From assembly GCA_963706795.1 (NCBI GenBank), contig OY970170.1:210001-242000 (forward strand): a DNA stretch of 32,000 nt, written 5' to 3'. The position numbers were made by a program, and so were the translations under genes. Shown piece by piece: positions 1 through 10,614 of this stretch. This DNA comes from Candidatus Saccharimonadota bacterium. Its GTDB lineage: Bacteria > Patescibacteriota > Gracilibacteria > BD1-5 > UBA2023. Within the stretch, counting starts at the first letter, position 1. Every line of letters starts with the position of its first letter. Below the pieces are notes generated by a model. That model was not told the DNA's origin. It saw nothing but the letters and a program-made list of their open reading frames with translations, and did not search any database.

Positions 1-92
1 GAACCGCCCACGATAATCGGCAGGAGCGGAAGCACGCACGGCGCTAGGACCGTAAGCACCCCTGAAAGAAAAGAAATCAGAAAAAGTGTCAT
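1..92 (-). CDS. CcdA/DsbD-family thiol-disulfide transfer membrane protein, N-terminal ~30 codons only (gene runs off the window start)
   Basis: The reverse complement from ATG at 92-90 reads MTLFLISFLSGVLTVLAPCVLPLLPIIVGG. The hydrophobic helix with the SPCVLPL-type Cys motif is typical of the CcdA/DsbD_2 family. Only 30 aa are visible. Confidence 0.45.
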   Translation of the reverse strand, partial: MTLFLISFLSGVLTVLAPCVLPLLPIIVGG

Positions 93-300
93 ATTGGAGA
101 ATTAAAAATTAACACCTCCATCCTACTCGCCAAAATTAAGGAAAGATTAAGGCATTATTCGCAGAAATACATGGAGAATTTTGCGAAAAAATCTCAGCTC
201 TCCTATCTCCTGGTATACTCGGACAGTTTTTTAAACCTCATCTGCCGAATTCCGAATTCGTGACTATACTGTGTCTCATTCCAATCCCAACTCGAACGTA

Positions 301-2592
301 ATGCATCCACTCGAAGATATTCTCAAAAATACGTTCAAACTCGAATCTTTCCGAGAAGGACAGCAAGAAGTCATCCAGAGCGTCGTCTCTGGCAACAACA
401 CACTCGTTTTTATGCCGACCGGAGGTGGCAAATCCCTCACCTATCAACTCCCCTGAATGGCGCGAGAAGGAGTCGCTATTGTGATCTCGCCACTCATCTC
501 GCTGATGAAAGATCAGGTCGACAAACTCAATAGTCTTGGTGTCCATGCTGAGCTTATTAACTCGACAATTTCACCTGCTGAGCAGCAGGAAATCCTCGAT
601 GAAATCCGCTATACCAACGAGGAAGACGTAGCGCCGATTAAATTTTTGTATATAGCCCCAGAGCGTCTCGGTTCGCAGTCGTTTTTGCGAGCCGTAAGTC
701 AGATCAAAGTTGCCCTCGTTGCAATCGACGAAGCTCACTGTGTCAGCCAATGGTGACATGATTTCCGTCCGAGCTACATGCGGATCAAGGATTTTTTAAA
801 TCGCCTGAAGGAGCATTCGGATTTCCCAACTATTGCACTCACAGCTACAGCTACTAAAAAGGTGCGCGAGGATATTGTCGGTCGACTCGGACTCACCAAG
901 TACAACGTCTTTACAAAGGGATTTGATCGCAAAAATATCATTATCCTCGTACGTGAAATCAGCGCAAAATCCGAAAAACTCACGAAAACACTCGAGATCG
1001 TAAACAAGGTTGCTGGCTCTGGAATCATCTACTGTTCAAGCCGTAAAATGGTGAGTGAAGTCTATGACTTTTTACTCTCCAAGGGTGTTGCTGTCGGTAT
1101 GTATACTGGCGGCATGGAGAGCGGAAATCGCGAAAATACACAAAATAGCTTCATGAATGATGACTACAAAGTCATCGTTGCTACCAATGCCTTCGGTATG
1201 GGAATCGACAAAAAAGATATACGATTTGTCATTCACTACAATCTCCCAGGCAGCATCGAAAACTACTACCAAGAAGTCGGCCGAGCCGGACGCGATGGCA
1301 AAAATTCATTTGGCGTCGTACTCGCAAGCTATGGTGATACCAAAATCCAAGAATTCTTCATCGAAAATAGCCATCCGAGCAAAACAGCAATTTTTGCCCT
1401 CTACGACAGCCTGTATGAGGGATTCGAAATGGGGCAATGAAAGGGTGAGCCTATTCTCAAAACCCAAGCCGTTATGGCTAAAGAGGCCGGCCTCGAGAGC
1501 CCGATGCAAGTCGCAAGCATCCTCAAACTCTTTGAGCGCTATGGCATAGTCGACAAAGGATTTGAATGAGAAATTGACGAAGGATTTCGTGGGCGCGGTA
1601 TTACGCTCGCCCTTCCAAAAATGCCGACGAGCAAATTACCAATCGAGTGGGACAAGCAGCAACTTCTTGAACAAGAAGCTAATTTTAAGCTCGAACAGAT
1701 TAAAAAACTCCTCTTCTTTCCAAGTTGTCGCAAACGTTTTATCTTGGAATATTTTGGAGATACCGAGGACCTCGCCACCCTCAGCGAAAATTGTGGTGCC
1801 TGCGACTATTGTATTGAGAAGGATAAATTCCTAAGCGGTGCCGATGCGGTGATGGTCAATCTCTCAGTATTTGAAATCGTGCTCGACGCAATCGAAAAAT
1901 ACGATGGCAAATTTGGTGGCAAGCTCATCGCCGATTTTTTGCTCGGGAATTCTGACGCCAAGATCACTGCTCGCAATATGGACGAAGACGAGAACTATGG
2001 GGTTCTCTGAGAATATTCCCTCACCCTCGTACTCGCCGTCATCGAGGCGCTTCTCCAAAATGGCTACCTCGCCAAAGCCGCGGGGCTCTATCCTGTTCTC
2101 GGTTGTACCTCAAAAGGCAGATTTTCTATCCGCCGTGAAGACATCCTCAAAGCCGATGAGCTCGCTCTTCAATCGAGCGTTGCTATGAAGACAAAGTGAG
2201 ATGTTTTTAAAAAAGCCAAGACCTCTTCTAAACCCAAGAAAGAAAAAACTTCAAAATCCGAATCCGGCAATACATTTTTAGAGACGCTCAAACTCCTGAG
2301 ATCCGGTATGGACATCCAAGATATTGCGGACGAACGCGATATGTCGACCATCACGATCGAAGGCCACATCATCAAACTCTTCGAGGATGAAAGTCTCACA
2401 GAAGCCGAGCTCCTCTCACTCGTCAAGAGCTCTGATTTGAAAGAAATCACCAAGACAATCATCGCGCACTTCCCTGAATGAACCGACAAACTCAAGCCCA
2501 TCAAAGATAAGCTCGAAGCTGCTGGTCACAAATCCATCTCCTATTTTGCGATCAAAGCCGGCCTCGCTCTCTATGAAAAGCAGAATGAATAA
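301..2592 (+). CDS. recQ: RecQ-family ATP-dependent DNA helicase with a C-terminal HTH-like tail
   Basis: It is one frame from 271/301 to TAA 2590-2592 once the in-frame TGAs at 454, 754, 1438, 1567, 2008, 2197 and 2479 are read as Gly. Motifs: FMPTGGGKSLTYQLP, VAIDEAHCVSQW[TGA=G]HDFRP, ATNAFGMGIDKKDIRFVIHYNLP, QEVGRAGRDG and the Cys cluster CGACDYC. The tail reads FLETLKLLRSGMDIQDIADERDMSTITIEGHI. ATG 301 is preferred; GTG 271 is possible. Confidence 0.9.
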
Positions 2593-2696
2593 GTTCGTGC
2601 TTTCCTCCTAAAATTTCTTATTTTTTTACGCACATTCGTATGCGCTGACTTCGCATTTTTATTATCAGTTTTTGAATATTTGCCTTCCTAGGAGGA

Positions 2697-2924
2697 ATGG
2701 CCTTCGCTGCTGGCAAGATTATGCCATTGAGTTCGACCAAAATTACTGCCTATCTCGCCCGTATTCTGGAGAATCCAACGGACAGCACCGATGGAGTCGT
2801 CAAGAAAGCTACAGGCCTTACACAGTCTTGTAAAACAGGAGAGTCCATACAAGGATTTAATACGAATAATCAGATCATTTGTACCAGAACAAAAACATTG
2901 GGAAGCAGGAAAGATCAAAACTAA
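2697..2924 (+). CDS. small hypothetical protein (75 aa), possibly the 5' part of a disrupted Cys-rich protein gene
   Basis: ATG 2697 sits directly after AGGAGG, a spacing too short for a classic SD. The frame is open to TAA 2922-2924. The SCKTGES..C motif resembles the CTGEQ..C motif in the remnant at 3688-3900. No family recognised. Confidence 0.25.
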   Translation: MAFAAGKIMPLSSTKITAYLARILENPTDSTDGVVKKATGLTQSCKTGESIQGFNTNNQIICTRTKTLGSRKDQN

Positions 2925-3122
2925 CAAAGATACCGGCGAAGTAAGGAAGTCGACGTACGGTCGACCACAATTAACTAGAGGCAAGTCAAAGGTTGTCTAT
3001 GCGGACTCAGGTAAAAAGAAAAAATAGTCTTTAGACCATATATTTGAAGATAATATTAAGCCGATAGAATAAAACTAAAAATAGTTTAGAAGGTTTATTT
3101 GTTTTGTCAGAAAGCGAAAATT

Positions 3123-3611
3123 ATGAACGAATTGTACACAAAGCTATCCTACAAGAAGCATATAAATGCTTATCTTGATGAACTGGAAATATTTTGTGGG
3201 AAGCGCCCACAGGAATATGAATTGATTTCTTTAAACGAAACGGAAAGTATTCGTGCGAAATCTGCGTCTATTATTGATAAAGGGTCCCGAAAATTTCATA
3301 TTAATTTTGATGAAAAAGGAAGTGTGCAATTTGAAAAATTCATCACTGATTTGCACGAAGGTAACTCATCACAAATTTATGTTTGGACGCCATTAAGTGA
3401 CAGTTGTGGTTTGTTTAAAGTTAGCTCGATTCTGGACTTTAATTTTGATTTTCCATTTGATGTTCATGACGATGGGCTTATTGCACTGTTTACCGATGAT
3501 TTTGAAGATGAAATAATTTTAGATTTCTCCTATGATCAGGAGGAGTCATCAAAAAAGATTCTTGAAATTGAATTGCATGGAAGGAACTGGCCTGCTATTG
3601 ATTTCCAATAA
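3123..3611 (+). CDS. hypothetical acidic protein (162 aa) inside a low-GC segment
   Basis: ATG 3123 is in frame with the tracked ORF 3099-3611 and the stop is TAA. The segment is visibly more AT-rich than its flanks and has no TGA codon. The sequence is rich in D/E/F (DFNFDFPFDVHDDGLIALFTDDFEDEIILDF). No family recognised. Confidence 0.5.
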   Translation: MNELYTKLSYKKHINAYLDELEIFCGKRPQEYELISLNETESIRAKSASIIDKGSRKFHINFDEKGSVQFEKFITDLHEGNSSQIYVWTPLSDSCGLFKVSSILDFNFDFPFDVHDDGLIALFTDDFEDEIILDFSYDQEESSKKILEIELHGRNWPAIDFQ

Positions 3612-3687
3612 AACGCAAAAATGAATTTGCACTTAAATTGAAGTGGAAGTGTTTTTGTTGATTTTTTAAAAGTTAAATTTACTATAG

Positions 3688-3900
3688 ATAGCCCTTAATC
3701 CGTTCAAAGAAGTTCGATGTGGGGCTCAATTCCGTGACGTATATGGGAATTCTCAGACTGTCTTCAATGCTTATTGTACTGGGGAACAAGGTAGAATTTG
3801 CACCTACACCGGACTCACCGACACTGACAAAAAAATCACCTTCGGTGAGTGGAAATGTGCCGATGTAAAAGACAGTGACACCATGAACGAATTCCGCTAA
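3688..3900 (+). pseudogene. 3' remnant of a Cys-rich protein gene with no usable start codon
   Basis: The frame is open only from the TAG at 3685-3687 to TAA 3898-3900. It reads ...KEVRCGAQFRDVYGNSQTVFNAYCTGEQGRICTYTGLTDTDKKITFGEWKCADVKDSDTMNEFR. There is no in-frame ATG/GTG/TTG until 6 codons from the end. A strong terminator follows. Confidence 0.4.
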
Positions 3901-3912
3901 TCACCCACAAAC

Positions 3913-3942
3913 AAAAATCCTTCCAAATCTGGAAGGATTTTT
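3913..3942 (+). terminator. rho-independent terminator
   Basis: Stem ATCCTTCC (3917-3924), a 6-nt loop, stem GGAAGGAT (3931-3938), then TTTT. Confidence 0.7.
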
Positions 3943-4074
3943 GCTGGGGCAATTCCCAATTCTTTTAGACTATTTGGAGCCTCTGCCTACAATGGTGAGC
4001 ATTCAAAAGATGACGATTCCAATGCGAAAAGCGCTCGGAAGCACATTGGAATTTTGTAATTAAAACACACCAGT

Positions 4075-4794
4075 ATGGAGCTAAACGAGATTATATGCTG
4101 AGATATTTTGGAAGTCATGCGGGATATTCCGGATAACTTTGCTGATATTGTCGTAACCAGTCCACCCTACAATCTCAAAAATTCTACTGGTAATGGTATG
4201 AAGGATGGGCGCGGATGAAAATGGGAAAATGCTTCACTTCAAAAAGGATATTCGCATCACTCGGATTCGATGCCACATGACGAATATGTCGCATGGCAAC
4301 GAGCTTGTCTCTCTGAATGCATGCGTGTCATCAAAGATGATGGAGCAATATTTTATAATCACAAATGGCGCGTCCAGGCTGGACTTCTCCAAGATAGAAG
4401 CGATATCGTCGCTGGTTTCCCAGTCAGACAAATCATCATTTGGAAGCGAAAAGGCGGAATTAATTTTAATCCCTGATATTTTTTACCGACCTTTGAAGTA
4501 ATCTATCTCATTGCAAAACCTAACTTTAAACTCGCGGCCAAGGCCAATGCTTTCGGCGATGTATGGGAATTCACTCAAGAGATGAACAATCCCCATCCAG
4601 CACCATTCCCCGTAGCTCTCATCGAGAGAATTATCGGATCCACCGATGCGAAGATCGTCCTCGATCCCTTTATAGGATCCGGTACCACTGCGCTCGCGGC
4701 TAGAGATCTCGGTCGCAACTATCTTGGTATAGAGATCTCGCCAGAATACTGCAAGATGGCTAATGAAAGGCTCAAGAATACCAAAAAATCGTAA
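4075..4794 (+). CDS. beta-class DNA methyltransferase (SPPY motif IV, probably N4-cytosine), the M subunit of a type II R-M pair
   Basis: One frame with TGA=Gly at 4099, 4216 and 4474. Motif IV VVTSPPY lies near the N-terminus; HPAPFPVALIERII and motif I LDPFIGSGTTALAA lie near the C-terminus (the beta permutation). The stop is TAA. Confidence 0.9.
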
Positions 4795-4803
4795 TTTTCG
4801 TCC

Positions 4804-5601
4804 ATGTCAAAGGTCTATACAAATGAGTCGCTCATCAAAGCACTGCGAGAAATTATCGCCCAAGGATGGATTAAAAACAGGCGTGGTGATAATCATTGAG
4901 CACCATGAAATATGCTCGAAAATTTGCTCTGAATCAAAGAAAATAATCTCCCCCTTCCGGACGCTGGAAAATGGGAACTTAAGTCACAACGCAAGAACAC
5001 GACATCACTCATAACACTCTTGCACAAAGAGCCATCACCTGCAACTCATAAATTTGTGCCCCAGATATTTCTGCCACATTATGGATGGTCACACAAACAA
5101 GCTGGTCTCAAATATCCTGCTAGCGAGATGAGTTTTCGCCAGACAATTCACTCAAATGCTCATAGTGATCGAGGCTTTAAAGTCCAAATAGACAAAGAAA
5201 ATCAGAGAGTATCCATTGTGTTCGATGCCTCAAAAATCAGCGAAGATCATGCCGAATGGCGCTCATCTGTTGAGTCTCGAATCGGACTCTGAGATCTCAA
5301 TCCCGCTCCATATTGGAGTTTTGAAGATATCACTATCAAAGTCGGAACAAAGCTTTGAAATTGCTTTTATGTAGTAGCCGACACAAAAAAGGAAGCAGGT
5401 GAAGAATACTTTCGATATGAGCGAATCTTGATGTGCTCTGGTCTGAATCTCGAAGGATTCTTTGAATGACTCAAATCTGGAAGAATCCTCGTGGACTTCG
5501 ATGCTCGCACTGGTCACAACCATGGATCCAAATTTCGTATGCGCCAAAACTACTGGACAGAGCTCTACGCAGAAGTAGTGGATGTGACAACTGATAATTA
5601 A
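4804..5601 (+). CDS. MvaI/BcnI-family type II restriction endonuclease
   Basis: It starts 9 nt after the methyltransferase. The frame is continuous with 6 TGA=Gly (4897, 4906, 4930, 5290, 5356, 5467). GNMLENLLGIKENNLPLPDAGKWELKS and VDFDARTGHNHGSKFRM match my recollection of BcnI/MvaI motifs (G..LE..LG..ENN...D.GE.ELK; H..G..LRI). Confidence 0.8.
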
Positions 5602-5649
5602 GAACGGTGAGTTAATTAAGTATATTCTTAGAATAAATCCTCGTATATC

Positions 5650-6747
5650 ATGGGTAAAATTGTTGGAATTTTCTTTTCAAAAAACTACAAACGATTTGAG
5701 GCTGGTACATTTGTCCGACTTAATCAGGATGAATTTTCTTTTTGAGAAAAAACTACTCCTTATATAGGTTTAATACAGGATCTTTTCGAGTCAGTACACC
5801 CACTTGAAATCAGAGCAATAATCGGAAATAACTGAACAGGAAAAAGCACGCTGCTCGAAATTCTTGATCTCTTTCTTACCTGGAACATAAAAGAAACTTT
5901 AGAGGTGCCAGGATTGAAGATTCCAGATTCCTGCCGTGCATATATGTTCGACGCAGAAGAATTGGATCCAAATATTTTTCTTATTACTGATTTTTCTCTC
6001 CTCGAATCAAAAAAACAAAAGAAACAAAAGACTATAAATCTGCTCAATATGGGGCACTACATGCCCAAGGAAAGCATGGAGGATATTCTCCGTACACAGC
6101 AAGATTTCGAGTTTTTTAGAAATTCTATTCTTATTGAAACTCTTTCACTTGCAGAACAGCGCTCGGACGTGAGAAGAATCATTAAACTCAAGACGCACAC
6201 GCCAGAATCAAAATCATTAAAGTCCAAGAAAGAAATTCTACGAATTATTCAAGCACTTACTGTTTATCTCTGAGAGGGTGCAGGCCTTGATTATTGAAAC
6301 GCAAAACCACGTAAAAACACCGAAATATTTACGGCAGATTTTTATATTTTTAACTTTATTCGAGATCATATATTTGGACATGAGAAGCAACGAGAGTTCC
6401 ACATATATATGCATTATCTTTGGTTTTTTTATCTGAGCTGGGTAAGTCGAAGTGACTCAAATATATATGATGAATACACAGAATTTTATGAAAACTATGG
6501 CAGAAATTTGCTGAATAATTTTATAGAATCTCGAAGATGGATTAAAGAAAATGATTTTAAAATTTCGAGAGGATCATTACTCGGACAATTTTTAGATGAT
6601 GATAATTCAGAAACTAAGCGTTTTATAAGTGCACTACAAGAAAGAGGCGACTGAATAAGAAACCTCGGAGAAACTCTCAAAAAGTATGGTTTTAATTTTA
6701 AGCTTTCGATCGAGGTCTTTTGACCTTATTTCTTCTTTAATTGATAA
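5650..6747 (+). CDS. Septu PtuA-like AAA/ABC-type ATPase, N-terminal reading frame (Walker A half)
   Basis: ATG 5650. The Walker A IIGNN[TGA=G]TGKSTLLEIL has its TGA at 5833-5835. The frame stops at TAA 6745-6747 shortly after ...SIEVF. The rest of the ATPase fold continues in the +1-shifted frame. Confidence 0.75.
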
Positions 6748-7504
6748 TAAACTCAAAATTTGAGACGAAGGAAATAACTATTACGAATACTTTGAATACG
6801 ACTACGATCAGTTTATTAATTCACTCCCTGCACGTATTAGCGAAAGTGAGATTCAAGAACATTTTCTCATAGGAATTGATATCTCAGTTACATCAAATGG
6901 ATTGCCCCACGGTGGAATGGCTCATTTTTCTACCGGAGAAAGACAAATGATACACACGCTCTTGAAGCTAAATTCATTTTTTAAAGATGTTCAATTTAAT
7001 AATGCACATGACACTTTAATTCTTATAGATGAGCCTGAGTCATCATTGCATCTTGAATGGCAGAGAAGTTTCTTGTATTTTCTGCTTAAGGGAATGTATT
7101 CCCTCATTGGTGCATATGAATGAAAAATTTCTCTCTATTTTGCAACACATTCACCACTCCTGATCTCAGACATATCAAAAGAAAGTGTCCTCTTTCTGGA
7201 GAGAAAAAAAGAGACGAGCCAGTTAGCTTGATTTACCACTGTAAAAACATTCGACGAAATAGTAGAAGAATCTGGTGTAGAAATTGCCAATACTTTTCTT
7301 TGAAATATCCCAGAAATCACACGCTGCGCATTTTTCATGGAGTCTCAATATGGACGATTATGAGAAGAAATAATCAATGCTGCGATAGAAGGTAAACTTA
7401 CGAGATCAGATGAAATAGATATCCAATCACTCGTTGGCGATGGCAGGTTATTTGAATATCTCGTACTCAAAAAGATAAGCAATCACTCAAGATCCCATGA
7501 TTAA
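6686..7504 (+). CDS. PtuA-like ATPase, C-terminal reading frame (signature, Walker B, ATHSP)
   Basis: The frame is open from 6659, and its first ATG is at 6686. It carries FSTGERQ (6926-6946), LILIDEPESSLH (~7016-7051) and FATHSPLLISD (from 7139). The stop is TAA 7502-7504. It is either a frameshifted continuation of 5650-6747 or a separately initiated half. Confidence 0.7.
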
Positions 7505-8390
7505 GTTTGATATATATACAGAGGTGCTTGATGGAAATTCAAAAGCACTCACGGGCCAGGCGGATGATCTTCATTGTCTTGAAAAAAATTGGGGGAAGAT
7601 TTCTTTAGGGAAAAAATGAACGATCCCAGTCTGAAAAAAAGATCTCTACAATAAAAGAATTGCTGAATATGGGGGCAGAAAATCACTCTTTTTTATGAAA
7701 AAAGGCACGCTTCATGAAATCGAGCAGACACGTTTCCGAGAGTTGCTTTTTGAAAAGATGCTTGTCTGCCCTTACTGTGGGAAAATATGATTTATTAAAC
7801 GTGCAAGTCGCGTAGAAAACTCTAATGCTGAATGTTTTTCATTTGAGCTAGACCATTTTTTACCCAAGGCACAATTCCCTGCATTTGCGAGAAGTGTATA
7901 CAATCTGATCCCCGTTTGTAAGATCTGTAATCTTTTTATAAAAGAGAGGAAACCATACGGGCCATGATGTTATTTCCATCCATATATTTGAGGCGTCGAA
8001 ATAGCTATGGATCCATCCTGAAATATATCTCACTTAGCCCCAATTACGCCAGAAAAAACATTTCATTCGGTCTACGAATTTTGATTCCCTAAGTACATAA
8101 AAATAAAGAACTTGCGCTCAACAAAATTACCCCTTTGGCATCTAAGACCTGGAGAATCGAGTCTATTTGATGCACATAAAAAGTATTTTTTACTGGACGA
8201 ACTTTATCGATTTTCAAGTGATACGGTCAGTGATTACAGACTATTTATCAATGGTAAAAATATTCTCAGAAGCTATGGAAAACTCATTGTGAAAGATCAG
8301 ATATTCTGAGGCTGGTACCCAAAACGTACAAAAGATATTCTCAAATATACAAACTGAAAAATGAAGCTAGATCTTATGAAGTCTCTCTAA
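7497..8390 (+). CDS. PtuB-like HNH endonuclease (TIGR02646-like)
   Basis: ATG 7497 overlaps the ATPase stop (ATGATTAA). Nine in-frame TGA=Gly. The HNH core reads CPYCGKI[G]FIKRASRVENSNAECFSFELDHFLPKAQFPAFARSVYNLIPVCKICNLFIKERKP. The stop is TAA 8388-8390. Confidence 0.8.
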
Positions 8391-8427
8391 TACATAGAAG
8401 TTCTTCAGATCAGGCATCTTTGCTCAT

Positions 8428-8455
8428 TTGACATACTATTCTGTTTACCTAATAT
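8428..8455 (+). promoter_or_regulatory. sigma70-like promoter candidate
   Basis: TTGACA (8428-8433), a 16-nt spacer, then TAATAT (8450-8455), 20 nt upstream of ATG 8476. Confidence 0.4.
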
Positions 8456-8475
8456 ACACAGAATTATTTTGCTCC

Positions 8476-9402
8476 ATGCCTCCACTTAAGCCAGATCTTC
8501 CTACCGCAGAGCCAAATGGCGAGAAACAAGATGGAGTAGAGAGTGGCACCTCAACCAGCGCAGCGGTGCAAAATGCGCTTGAGAAGGTAAAAGAAGCAAT
8601 GTCGATACTCGCACCAAGGGCTATTTTGTATTTCCTTATAAACAAATACGCCGATCAGGGTGAGGAAATTATTCTCAAGCATTTTAAAGATACGCCACCT
8701 GACGAGGTGTCTGCTTTTATCCAAAATATCTTTGCGGCGCTCAATCTCACCCTCGAGCCAATAGGTAAAGACTGGCGAGATCTGTGATTTGATGGTATCG
8801 CGACGATCATTGCAACCATCCAAGATCCACAATATTTCCCCGAATCTTGGATGCAAAATCGAGAACTCCTCGAACACTACAAAACACAATCCCAAGCTGC
8901 ATGCCTTACATGGCTCAAAGATTATAATCCACGCAAAACGACAGGAAACGAGCACAACTATACGGCAATGCTCCGTATTGTCCGGCTTCTCTGATTACAG
9001 GACACGGATTTTTGGCAGACAGAATTCGGATATTGGATGCATCAATGGTCAGAGAAGACAAAAGACTTTGCGATTATCGGTCGTGCCTCCATGCAGACTA
9101 TTCATGCCCTTGCTCCCACCGAACATTTTACAAGCCACCAAGTCGAAGACTACTTCTTTTATGGGCTGCAATGAGAATATTTTCCAGTGCACGAAGCCTA
9201 TGCACTCCTCTTTAAAAGAACCAAGCAAATGAAGCTAGAGAATGATTCTGAGAAACAAGCGCTTTTTGCAGAAGCTCTCGCCTGTGGTCAAAGAGCGATC
9301 GAGCGAATAGAAAAGTTCAGAGAGGCATCCCTCGCAAATGTTGAACAAATGAACAAAACGCTCAAATCTTGGAAGAAAAACTGTTTGGAGATCGCAGAGT
9401 AA
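8476..9402 (+). CDS. hypothetical protein (308 aa), no recognisable domain
   Basis: The frame is continuous with TGA=Gly at 8785, 8995 and 9172 and stops at TAA 9400-9402. The amino-acid composition looks natural throughout. The tracked TTG 8428 coincides with the -35 box, so ATG 8476 is preferred. Confidence 0.7.
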
Positions 9403-9420
9403 AAACTTATTACATGCATC

Positions 9421-10524
9421 ATGGAAACTCAATATTCGCTGCATCCAGAAGTCGAAAAGCATCTCCTAGAAAACTTTTGAGACGCTATCGAGGCATACAA
9501 GGGTTCACTTCCTGAGTATCGCAGTCCCGAAAATCTCGATCACAGAAATCGAGTCAATGAGCGCTATGACTTCTATAAAGCATTCGAATTACAGCATCCT
9601 AAAACATGTGAGCATTTTAAAAAGATTACGGATGATATTTTGTCATGACGAAAGGCGTTTTGGTCCATTCAGAGACCGGATGATACGCCGATGACTCAGG
9701 CATCCCCAGATGCAGTGATGCTCTTTACTGGTATGATCACATCTCAGATTATCACCAATCCGGATGAACTCTGGACGCTCTGAGACAAACAAGGTTTTCA
9801 TCATCCATTGGATTTTGTCGCAAGTCTCGGTGTACTTCTTAAAAATACCAAAGATCCAACTCCGAGCGACCAAAAATATATTATGCGACGGCCGGATAAC
9901 TCGAGAATCCAAACGGTTATCGGTGGCAATTTTCATGGAGATTTTGTAATCACTCAAACAGATATCACCCCATATATCACGCTCTCTCCCTACGAATATT
10001 ATTCCTCAGTACGCCCCATTATCGAAGAAACCGACGTCGTACATTTTTGAGCCCGCAACGGAACAGAGTGTGCATTTTTAAGTATCCTCCTCAAATATGC
10101 TGAGCAAGTAGGACAATATCAAGAAGTACTTCTCGAACTCGATAAAACCATCCAGAAATACCAGGCCATGGAGCAAAAGATGGGCAATTTTGGAGAGTCC
10201 TGACACAAGCGCAACATAGCAGATATCTTCATCGGTCACGACTATCCGATCTCGCGCAAATGAGAGCTAAGCGAGATATATCACAGTATCAAAGCCTGAA
10301 ATCAGGATCGACAACAGGCCTTTATTGACGACGATAAAGCGCTCGTATTTGTCCGCATGGGATTCGATGACGAATTACTTCCATGACGAGAGGCGCGCTT
10401 CTATCCATACGAACTTCCGAGCCTCATTAATATCCTCTTCGCAAGCGCCCGCAACGGAGACGGAAGAAGCTCAGTGCAAAATTTTGTGAATATGGTGGAG
10501 TATTATAGAGGGTTGGTGGGGTAA
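9421..10524 (+). CDS. hypothetical protein (367 aa), no recognisable domain
   Basis: ATG 9421 lies 18 nt after the previous stop. Eight in-frame TGA=Gly (9478, 9646, 9781, 10048, 10201, 10261, 10297, 10384). The stop is TAA 10522-10524. Confidence 0.7.
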
Positions 10525-10565
10525 GGATGTTTTTAACTTAATAGGCCACTCGGCTGACCAAAAAA

Positions 10566-10593
10566 TTGACACTTTATATATAAAAGTTATAAA
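10566..10593 (+). promoter_or_regulatory. sigma70-like promoter candidate
   Basis: TTGACA (10566-10571), a 16-nt spacer, then TATAAA (10588-10593), 21 nt upstream of ATG 10615. Confidence 0.4.
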
Positions 10594-10614
10594 CCTTTTA
10601 CTTTTTTCAGAAGC

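Noticed and set aside
2791-3027. Alternative 78-aa Lys-rich ORF overlapping 2697-2924 in another frame.
   Set aside because: It has no recognisable family or upstream signal and overlaps the other small ORF. It may be the out-of-frame continuation of a degraded gene. Evidence is insufficient to call it a separate CDS.
3951-3958. AATTCCCA, an 8-mer identical to the complement of the tRNA-Gln 5' end, considered as a possible att-type direct repeat marking an integrated element.
   Set aside because: It matches the 5' rather than the 3' end of the tRNA. An 8-mer match is expected by chance in 32 kb on two strands. No integrase, recombinase or transposase gene is present anywhere in the window.
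3992-4063. 23-codon ORF upstream of the methyltransferase, considered as a possible R-M controller (C) protein.
   Set aside because: It is far too short for a C protein (typically ~70-100 aa with an HTH motif) and has no helix-turn-helix pattern.
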